From Candidatus Saccharimonadota bacterium (lineage in GTDB: Bacteria > Patescibacteriota > Gracilibacteria > BD1-5 > UBA6164), in contig OZ245768.1 of the NCBI GenBank assembly GCA_965227835.1, positions 1,260,001 to 1,292,000 on the forward strand: a stretch of DNA of 32,000 nt. The letters run 5' to 3'. Below, piece by piece: positions 10,080 to 18,436 of this stretch. A program made the position numbers and the translations under genes. Within the stretch, counting starts at the first letter, position 1; each line of letters begins with the position of its first letter. The notes under the pieces are model-generated. The model saw only the letters and a program-made list of their open reading frames with translations, made no database searches and was not told the origin of the DNA.

Positions 10080-10409
10080 TTATAATATTTCTTTTATCTT
10101 CTTTTTCATTTCTGCTGTTTCTCCTGAATCTATAATTTTTTCATCAAGAAGTATCCTAGAAGTTCCATTTTCACTGTCTTTTACAAGTATGTAGATTTTC
10201 CATCATTTTAGCTTACATACTTTTTCCCATAAATTTCTAAGATTTACTCTATCTTTTGATGTTATTTCTAGATATTTTTTCTTTAGTGCATTTTCATATT
10301 TTATATTTTCATACTTATACAAGTGATGAGGAACTCATCTTGATCCTATTTTTGATCATGATTTTTTACCTCTTTTTAAGTTATCTATATGTTCAAGTTT
10401 TATTTTCAT
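10080..10409 (-). CDS. hypothetical protein (109 aa)
   Basis: Open frame with 3 TGA=Gly codons. No motif recognised. Confidence 0.45.
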
Positions 10410-10561
10410 TTTCGTTTTTCTTTAGATTTCCATGTTCATCAGTATGAATAATATTCTGATTTTTTTGCTTTTATAAGGCATTTTGGGCAAACAATAATCC
10501 ATTCTATATTTTGGTTTTGTTTTATTCGATATCAATGATTAAAACTAACTTTACATAAAGG

Positions 10562-11761
10562 GTCTGTTGCGTTTTGATTTTAAAAAGAGTTTTAATTAAA
10601 AAATGTAGTAAATAGATGAAAAATTTATAAGTTTCATCTATTTTTTGTTAAATTATAATCATATTTATATAAAATTTAGGATTTTAGACACAATCCACCT
10701 AAGGAAACTAACCTAGGTTATTCGGATTTCCTCTAAAACAACCAATCTTTTGAGATTAAAAGATATAGCCTCCATAAATGCAGTAAACTGGTTTTTTACT
10801 ACAGACTTATACCTCACTCTATGATTCATTTTTGAAAATACCCTCTCATAAGGAGATCTAAGTTTAGAATAAAACTTATCTTTATCCTTGTTCTTATCTT
10901 TCATATTATTTTTCTTTATTGCACATAGATGTAATCACTTCTTTTTTGTTGATATTACAGCCGGTCAAATACAATATCACTTATCAGCATATACTGCTCA
11001 TGAACTTGGTAATACATGCTTCATTCACTTTGCATCTGTTACATTAGCTTGAGTTATAGCTATCTTGTTTATCATTCAAGATTGCATATCAACACTAGCA
11101 TGTTTTTTATAACCATACCAAAATTTATTTTTTCACTTAGATCAAATTTTAGCTTCCTTATCATTAGCAACTTTTGGAAGAGTTTCATTATTCATTTTTT
11201 CATATCATTCTTTTATTCATTTATCTCTTTCTTCCCATAAATTAGCTTTAGTAACTAAATGAGAAGCATCTACAAATGTAAACACTTCACTCATATAACC
11301 CTTATTTGATAATTGATTTTTTAAATCTTCAAATATCTTTGATAGTTCTTTTGTTCATATCTTTTTTCTTGCTCTTGAGAATATACTATGATCTGGAGTT
11401 TTATCTGTTAATTTAAATCAGCAAAACCATTTACCAGCTAAATTTTCTGCAAGATATTTCTCTAACTCTCTATCTGATAGATCTTCCATAAACTGGATTA
11501 GTAAACATAGAAATAATTTTTTTACTCAATATCATACATGAGTTTTTCATAGATCTATATTTTTTAGTATTTTATTTACTCAATCAAAGTTCCACAATTT
11601 CTTAAATTTACGATATTGATGATTTTCTGGAATTAGCTCGTTTAGGATAACAAAACTTATTTGATTTGATTCTCACATAGGTATTTTCTTAGAATATAAT
11701 TACTATCTAATTATATCTCTTTTTTCTCTTTTTAATAGTCAAAGTTTAATTTACAACAAGC
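10562..11761 (-). mobile_element. IS5-family insertion sequence (IS903-group-like), 1200 bp
   Basis: Imperfect terminal repeats GTCTGTTGCG (left) and GCTTGTTGTA (right, reverse complement). It is flanked by 9-bp direct repeats ACATAAAGG (10553-10561) and TCATAAAGG (11762-11770), 8/9 identical. A 12-bp-stem hairpin at 10610-10643 lies downstream of the transposase stop. Confidence 0.8.
10713..11678 (-). CDS. IS5 family DDE transposase
   Basis: 321 aa with TGA=Gly. LIQFMEDLSDRELEKYLAENLAGKWFCGFKL..PDHSIFSRARKKIG (DUF772-like N-terminus), FVDASHLV, KFWYGYKKHASVD..ITQANVTDAK, AVYADKGY, RSPYERVFSKMN..NQFTAFMEAISFNLKRL. Confidence 0.9.
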
Positions 11762-11823
11762 TCATAAAGGACAGATTTTATTTGGCATATTAATTCATTT
11801 TTAGAGTTTATATTGATATATTT

Positions 11824-11847
11824 CAAAAGGCTAAAGCCTTCTGTTGA
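11824..11847. repeat. palindromic repeat family, copy 2
   Basis: CAAAAGGCTAAAGCCTTCTGTTGA. Confidence 0.7.
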
Positions 11848-11940
11848 TTTAGAAATTTTAAATATTTATAGTAATCTCACTTGCAATTTAGAATATTTTA
11901 AAATAAAATTTTTAATTTGGAAAATAATTTTTGTTATTTG

Positions 11941-11965
11941 TCAACAAAGGGCTTTAGCCCTTTGA
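11941..11965. repeat. palindromic repeat family, copy 3 (inverted)
   Basis: TCAACAAAGGGCTTTAGCCCTTTGA. Confidence 0.7.
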
Positions 11966-12023
11966 TCTTGTGAGAAGTTTATCTTTTTGAAAAAATATTA
12001 CCCAGTTTATTTATCATATATAT

Positions 12024-12051
12024 AGTAAACTAACTTGCAAGTTAGTTTACT
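12024..12051. repeat. 28-nt perfect palindrome
   Basis: AGTAAACTAACTTG/CAAGTTAGTTTACT, 14 nt from the left end of IS200-B copy 2. A degenerate relative (ACTTACAAGTTAGTTTA) lies at about 26599-26615. Confidence 0.8.
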
Positions 12052-12065
12052 GTAATAGCAAATTC

Positions 12066-12763
12066 TTTATTTCAACACATCGGGATAAAAACCCCTATCT
12101 TTAGATAGTTAAGACACCGAAGGTGTAAGTGATAGAAATTGAATAAATGAGATGTGTTGTGACATAGGGTTTTAAACCCCGTTGCCTTCAGGCCGATTCT
12201 AAAGAAAAAAGTGTAAAAAATCAATAGAATAAATAAAATAGTGTTAAAAACTAACACTAGAGAGAATGAAATACCAAAAAAGTAGTCATGCGACATATGA
12301 TGTCAGATACCATATAGTATGGATAACAAAATACAGAAATCCATTCATGAAAAAGAGATACAAGATAGATTGGAAAAGATCATAAGATGAATAAGTAAAA
12401 AGCTATGAGTAATAATAATAAAGATATGAATGGAAGAAGATAATGTACATATGTATTGTAGGATACCGTTAACTAAACCAATATCTACAATAGTATGACA
12501 TATAAAGTGAGAAAGTTCTAAGGCAATAAAGAGGTATTTTTACAAAGAAATTAAGAGATGGTATTGGAAGACATGAAATATATGGTGAGTATGATATTTT
12601 GTATCTAGTGTATGAGAGATAAATTGAGAAATAATATCTAATTATGTGGAACAACAGTGAGAAGAAGAGAATAAGATTGAAGAGATAGAGCTTTAAATTT
12701 CAGTACAAATAAAAGCCCCGTGCCTTCAGGCCGGGGTAGAAGAAAAGCTAAAACTTTTTTACT
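12066..12763 (+). mobile_element. IS200-like element B, copy 2 (ends intact, transposase dead)
   Basis: 698 bp, collinear with 8125-8823. The differences are G/C at 8177 vs 12118, a 1-nt deletion (C8410 missing between 12350 and 12351), and C/A at 8502 vs 12442. Confidence 0.85.
12266..12696 (+). pseudogene. tnpA pseudogene (frameshift plus HUH His-to-Asn)
   Basis: The 1-nt deletion after codon 28 runs into a TAA about 10 codons later. Independently, the first His of DHVH is changed to Asn (CAT to AAT at 12441-12443). Confidence 0.8.
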
Positions 12764-12832
12764 CCTATAAACTCGCTTGCAATTTTTTCACCTCTTTCAT
12801 TTCTTTACCTAGATTTAAAATAGTTCTAAAAA

Positions 12833-14116
12833 CTATTCCTTAGGTATAGATATAGCAGGATTTAGATTTATACTTGTTTTATCATTTTTGTTTGAACCAC
12901 AAAACACAACTTTTGAAATATCAGGTAGAAATAAATCAAGATCTTTTTGTTCTATACTATTTTCTTTACCTTCCTCTCTATCTTTTCTTATTGCCACATA
13001 CATTTCATAAACTTTTAATCTATTGAGAGTTTCTATTCTTAGTTTTTTAGTAGAAATATAGTTGTAAATTAAAAAAGATAAAAGAGTAAAAAAGAGCAAA
13101 GAGCTAGGAAGTAGAAAATAAATAAATTTATTAGAGGTTTCTATAAAATCTTTTATTTCTTGAAAATGGAATATGACTAAACTAACACTTAAAATTAAAT
13201 AAATTATTAATGCTAAAAGCCAGATTCTCTCTGCTCCAAAAAAACCAGAATCAAGAAAAAATTTTTTAGTTTTTCCCCAAAAATTTTCCCCTTTCTTCTC
13301 TCCATATAAAAGTTCTTTTAGTGGTTTTGAGAAGCCTTTAACACTTTCTAATTTTTCTTGGTCTTTCTTAAAAATTTCCCATAATTCTTTATATTCATTT
13401 GAAGATTTTGAGATTTCTTTTTCTGCTTCTTCATATTTTCCAAGTTTATCTAGATAAATAGCTTTATGGTAATAAGCCTTATAGTAATATGGATTTATTT
13501 TTATTGCTTTTTCATATTGTTCTACTGCTTCTTCATATTTCCAGAGTTCAGCCAAAGTATTCCCCTTATTATGGTAGGCTTCAGCATAACTTGAATTTAT
13601 TTCTATAGCTTTATCATATTCTTTTATTGCATCTCCATATCTTTTAAGGTTCTTTAACGATATACCTCTATTATTATAAGCCTCAAAATAATCTTTTTTT
13701 ATTTTTATAGCTTTATCAAGCTCTATTATAGCTTCCTCAAATTTTTTAAGTTTATTTAGGCAAAGCCCCTTATTATTATAAGGAAACACAAATTCAGAAT
13801 TTATTTTTATAGCTTTATCATACTCTTTTATTGCCTCTTCATATTTTCCAATTTCTTCAAGACAGTATCCTTTGTTATTATAAGCATAATGAGATTCAGG
13901 ATTTATTTTTATAGCTTTATCATACTCCTCTATAGCTTCCTCATATTTTCTAAGTTCAGACAAAGAAACACCTTTCCAATAATAAGCTTCAAAATAATCT
14001 TCTTTTATTTTTATAGCTTCATCATATTTTTTTATAGCTTCTTGGTGATTTCCTAAAGTACCCAAAGAATAACCCTCATCAAAATATTTCTTAGCATTAT
14101 CATTTACTTCACTCAT
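12833..14116 (-). CDS. TPR-repeat protein with C-terminal transmembrane segments
   Basis: 427-aa uninterrupted ORF. About 7 tandem 34-aa repeats (EEAIKEYDKAIKINP..AYNNKG.), then two hydrophobic helices. 19 Gly, none encoded by TGA. Confidence 0.85.
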   Translation of the reverse strand: MSEVNDNAKKYFDEGYSLGTLGNHQEAIKKYDEAIKIKEDYFEAYYWKGVSLSELRKYEEAIEEYDKAIKINPESHYAYNNKGYCLEEIGKYEEAIKEYDKAIKINSEFVFPYNNKGLCLNKLKKFEEAIIELDKAIKIKKDYFEAYNNRGISLKNLKRYGDAIKEYDKAIEINSSYAEAYHNKGNTLAELWKYEEAVEQYEKAIKINPYYYKAYYHKAIYLDKLGKYEEAEKEISKSSNEYKELWEIFKKDQEKLESVKGFSKPLKELLYGEKKGENFWGKTKKFFLDSGFFGAERIWLLALIIYLILSVSLVIFHFQEIKDFIETSNKFIYFLLPSSLLFFTLLSFLIYNYISTKKLRIETLNRLKVYEMYVAIRKDREEGKENSIEQKDLDLFLPDISKVVFCGSNKNDKTSINLNPAISIPKE

Positions 14117-14133
14117 ATTTCTATTAATTAATT

Positions 14134-15612
14134 CTAAAAAGTATTTCTCTCTATAAATTCACTTGCAATTTTTTTCATCTCTATCAATTCCTCTTCACCC
14201 TTTTTTTCAAGCATTTTCGTCATCATACTCATCCTGACATTTTTCTCAAAAACTTTTTTATTATCATCTATAAAACTCCAATAAAGTGAATCCAAAACTC
14301 TACACCAGCTGTCTTTTTTATAATTAGACATCTTTAAAATATAGTTACTCCCACAAATATAAGGCTTTGTAGCAAAAACTCATCCATCACTATATTGCCC
14401 CATCCCATAAACATTTCCATACATAACCCAATCCAAACTATCTACAAACATTTCCATAAACCACCTATAAACCTCATCAGGTTTAATTCTACACAAAAGC
14501 ATAATATTTGAAACAACCATAAGCCTGTCAATATGGTTTAAATAACCGTATTTAACTACCTTTTTAATAGTATTATCAAGAGGTAATATCCCAGTTTTAC
14601 CATTGTACCAGTTATTATTTAGTCTATTCTTATGATTAAAAAAATTCTTATTTAAAGAGAAATTGTTATAAACTCCCCTCATAAACTCCCTCCATCCAAT
14701 TACTTGTCTTATAAAACCCTCAATATTGTTTATCTCAACATTATTTTGTGTAAAATATTCAAGTATTCTTGAAACCACATATTTTGGAGATAAAAGCCCA
14801 GAGTTTAGATAAGGAGAAATAACACTATGAAACAAAAAAGTTTCTTCATCTATTGAATCTTGATATTTTCCAAAATATTGAAACCTCTCATCCAAAAACT
14901 TATCAAACCATACTTTGCAAGTCTCAAAATCAGTTGCCAAATAAAAACTATCACTCTCTCAAAAATTATCCTTGAAATATTTATCGACTATTTTTTTCAC
15001 ATCTTCTAAATTCCTGTTTTCTATATCCATTTTAATTTGAGGGATAAAAGTGTTTTTTGGAAGTTTTTTTCTATTCTCACTATCAAAACTCCATTTATTA
15101 AAAAGAGGTTTTTTGTTATCATCTACCAATACATTTAGCTTTTTTCTCATCAAAATATAAAACGAATTCATAAAAGGTTTATTTAAAGCATCTTTTAAAT
15201 ATTGTCTGAAATCATCATTTGAACATAAAAAATTTGGACTTTCAATCATTTCAAGATCAATTTTTTTTGTATTACAAAAACTCTCAATCCTATTTCTAAA
15301 AAACTTATCTTCTATAAAATAAGTTTTTATTTTTTCTATGTTTTTTTCCAAACAAACCTTTTCAAGTTTTCCCTCAAAACTCAAATTAAAATCTTCTTCA
15401 ATTTCTATATAGCTAAGATTAAAATTTTGAGAAATAAGAAAATCTCTATAATTTCTCATAGAAGCAAGAAAGAAGATTATTTTGTGTTTATGAAATTTAA
15501 AATGAGTGCAAAGACCATAATCTTCACACATAAAAAATAAATCTTTTCTTTTTGGATTTAAAAAGCTCAAATCAGAAAAAAGCTGGTTACCTAAAATTAA
15601 ATTTAGATTCAT
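14134..15612 (-). CDS. cryptochrome/photolyase-related protein (COG3046-like)
   Basis: Track ORFs 14959-15612, 14380-14940 and 14134-14331 are in one frame, joined by 2 TGA codons. 492 aa. FGKYQDSI..LFHSVISPYLNSGLLSP..IRQVIGWREFMRGVY..GYLNHIDRLMV..ATKPYICGSNYILKMS..WCRVLDSLYWSFI fits the photolyase-related family. Confidence 0.8.
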
Positions 15613-15635
15613 AAAAACATTTAATAAAAATACAC

Positions 15636-16421
15636 ATGAAAGATTTTATAATTTTACTCCCAAATTCCAAGTCTAAAAATCCAGATAACAAATTTGAAAA
15701 ATACGAAAAAGTGCTTGAAGACAAAAAAGATAATTTTTTTATTGAGCTAAAAAATCAAAGAAAACTAGTTTATGAAAGTTTGTTTGAGTTAATAAACAAT
15801 AATTCTTTTGAAACACTTAAAAAAATCTTTGAACTAAAAGATGATAATAAGCTGGAAAGAGAAATACACCAAATTAAAAACTTTTTCTCAAATGAGACAA
15901 ACTATTCTATATTTAAATTCAGTTGAGTTATGTTTAAAGCAATAGATTATAATTCTTTAAAAGAAAACCAAAAAGAGAATTTCAACGATAAAGTTATTTT
16001 TATAGATTCTCTTTTTGGTCTTTTAAAACCACTTGATAAAATCCCAAACTATAAACTAGAATTTACAACAAGATTTAGTTTTAATCTAAAAAATTTTTGG
16101 GAAAAAGATTTAGAAAGCTTTTTTGAAACTACCATAAAAAAAGACTTTTTAATAATTGATTTACTTCCCCAAACACACAAGGTTTTTAATAAAAAAATCT
16201 CTCAAAATAAAAACTATTTTGAGATAAATTTTTTTGAAGAGAAAAGCTGAGTATTCAAAAATGTATGACATAAATCTAAAAAACTAAAATGAGAACTAAT
16301 AAACTATTTATGTAGTTTTGATAAAATAGACTTAAACATTTTGAAGGAATTTAAACACAGTGAAGGTTTTGAAATCAATATAGGTCTTTGAGATGAAAAC
16401 AGAATTATTTTTAGTAAGTAG
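15636..16421 (+). CDS. yaaA: YaaA/UPF0246 (DUF328) peroxide-stress family protein
   Basis: 261 aa with 5 TGA=Gly codons. IILLPNSKSK.., FSGVMFKAIDY.., VIFIDSLFGLLKPLDKIPNYKLEF.., NFWEKDL.., IIDLLPQTH fit the YaaA pattern. Confidence 0.75.
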
Positions 16422-16440
16422 TTTCATTCTTTTCTAAAAC

Positions 16441-16472
16441 TAAAGACAAGGGGTCTTGACCCCTTGCTAATA
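16441..16472. repeat. 32-nt direct repeat, copy 1 (contains terminator-like palindrome CAAGGGGTC-TT-GACCCCTTG)
   Basis: TAAAGACAAGGGGTCTTGACCCCTTGCTAATA is 31/32 identical to 18021-18052. Confidence 0.85.
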
Positions 16473-16524
16473 CTCAATCTAAAGGACGAATTTATGTTTT
16501 GGAAAATTTAATTTTTATCCCTTT

Positions 16525-17517
16525 TTATACGATAGAAATTGATTCATTCTTGAAATTTGAATTTACTTTTTCCAAAATTACTGTTGCCGTTTCCGTTTCA
16601 TTATTACAATCTTCACTTTTCTTTACAATTTCCCAATACCCAGCACCACTTGTTTCACCATCAGCTATATTTTGATATATTCCTATTTTTCCCCTTGGAA
16701 TTTCTTTTAACGATGTTACATATATCATATCAACTAGTTTAGAGTCCCCAATCTTAATCCTCAAAGTATCTCCAATAAGCTTATTTCCAAATTTATTTTT
16801 AAACTTATTGTTATCTTTTACAGAAATTCTAACATTACCAAATTTGTCGGAGAAGGCAAACTCTGCGAGATTTTTTTGTTGCGGAATTACATCTGGATGT
16901 TGTCCTGATTTTTTTCTTTCTAATAATTCTTCCACACTCTCGTATTGAAAGATTGGCTCTAAGATTTCGGGGAAGTATCTTGTTGTTGCAATAATAGAAG
17001 AACGAAATTGTTCACGAGTTCAGTCGGTAACATATAGCTTTTCATTTGGAATGCGATACAAGGCAAGAATTTTATTTCGTGTTTCAAGGGCCTGCAACCT
17101 TGTTAGTGGTACAGCATAGATTTCTAACCCGTTGTTTGTAATTGCCAAATGAAAATTTTCACCGTTTTTACCACCAGCAGTTGTATGGCTATTTCTATCT
17201 GCTTTGTTCACAATAGAAATTACTGCTTTGCCCGAGAAATCTCGATTAACTACTTTTCCAGTTTTTTTCTGAATTAGTTTGATAATTCTCTGTTGTTCTG
17301 CGATCAAGTCATTGAGCAAATTTATTCCATAGTCAGCCAGTTTTGGATTTTGACCAATAGGAAATCTTAAATCTGAAAAATTTCCAAGATTGCGAGTTGT
17401 GGCTGTTAATTCTGCATCTAGATCTATAGGATTTTCTGCAAAAACATCGTTAAAATGAACTATCCCACTTGTTGAACGTTCAAGTAAGTATTGATATGGT
17501 TTTATTATTTTTGTCAT
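16525..17517 (-). CDS. hypothetical protein, 330 aa (the C-terminal part is faintly like the DUF62 SAM-hydrolase beta-barrel)
   Basis: Track ORFs 17020-17517 and 16525-16935 are in frame, joined by a single TGA at 17020-17022. It looks visibly more G+C-rich than its surroundings. SDKFGNVRISV..GDTLRIKIG..IPRGKIGIYQN recalls the D-x-FGN C-terminal domain, but this is a weak motif-level impression only. Confidence 0.65.
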
Positions 17518-17586
17518 GGTTTTTAAAAAATTAAAAATAAAATAACATGTAGTAAATAAGTTGCTTTATGTCCTTATTTGTTGAAA

Positions 17587-17611
17587 TAAAAAATCAGCCC
17601 CTAGGGGCTGA
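17587..17611 (-). terminator. rho-independent terminator (minus strand)
   Basis: The minus strand reads TCAGCCCC-TAG-GGGCTGA followed by TTTTTT. Confidence 0.6.
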
Positions 17612-17859
17612 TCTTTGTTTACTTACATTAATAACTACACAAAAACTAACTCAGCCCGAGGCAAAGAATTATCATTTGCATAGTCATTGAATTAGTTTGT
17701 TTTTTAAATTTCATAATTTGTGCAGTTACTTTTAAATTTTACCAAAAATTAAATTTCCCAAAACATTAAAATTTTCGTGAAAAATTTTACTTTTTAGTAT
17801 ATTTTATGCTTACTTTGTTTCTTTATTCTATAAATCTATTTTATGAAAGCAAATTTTTG

Positions 17860-18006
17860 TGGTTCTATTTTTTATACAGTAAGTAAGAGGTTTTTTGATA
17901 TATCTTTCCTTTTATATAAATAAGTAATGTTTTTAAAAAGTTTAGCATTAGTATTTTTCACCCAGAAAAAGCATTCTTAAAATCAGTTGCCAAATAAGAA
18001 CTATCA
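17860..18006 (-). pseudogene. decayed fragment of a photolyase-related paralog
   Basis: 17979-18006 is 27/28 identical to 14926-14953 inside the intact gene. In the same frame it reads DSSYLATDFKNAFSGGKILMLNFLKTLLIYIKGKIYQ, against DSFYLATDFETCKVWFDKFLDERFQYFGKYQ in the intact gene, then hits a stop. Confidence 0.35.
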
Positions 18007-18020
18007 TTTTACACAAAAAT

Positions 18021-18052
18021 TAAAAACAAGGGGTCTTGACCCCTTGCTAATA
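18021..18052. repeat. 32-nt direct repeat, copy 2
   Basis: TAAAAACAAGGGGTCTTGACCCCTTGCTAATA. On the minus strand the hairpin is followed by a T-run, so it is the likely terminator of the 21166-18183 operon. Confidence 0.85.
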
Positions 18053-18125
18053 ATAACACACTTTTTTGTTCTTGCCCTTTGCTATTTTTTAAAATCCAAA
18101 GTTCTTGGTTACCCCTTAATTTCTT

Positions 18126-18149
18126 TCAACAGAAGGCTTTAGCCTTTTG
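18126..18149. repeat. palindromic repeat family, copy 4 (inverted)
   Basis: TCAACAGAAGGCTTTAGCCTTTTG. Confidence 0.7.
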
Positions 18150-18182
18150 CAACATTTAGAGGCTTCTCAAATTTTTTTAAAA

Positions 18183-18410
18183 CTATAAATCACCCAATCA
18201 AGACCCACTCTCTACAGAATCAGAAGCTCCAGAAAATACTTCTAAATCCCTTGATTCTATAAGCCTTTGCAATTCTTCTGGAGTTAGAGAATGTTCTACA
18301 GGATAGCTATGATTTCAAAAAAACATCAAAATTCAAACCCCTACAACAGATACAATTATTCAAAACAAAGCCAAAAAAGCAAAAATTTTTACCACTGCAT
18401 TTCTTTTCAT
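18183..18410 (-). CDS. small membrane protein (75 aa)
   Basis: MKRNAVVKIFAFLALFGIIVSVVGVGILMFFG.. has one TM region and 5 TGA=Gly codons. It starts 26 nt after the stop of the upstream 909-aa gene. Confidence 0.5.
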
Positions 18411-18436
18411 AATTTTTATTTTAATTTATTCAATAT

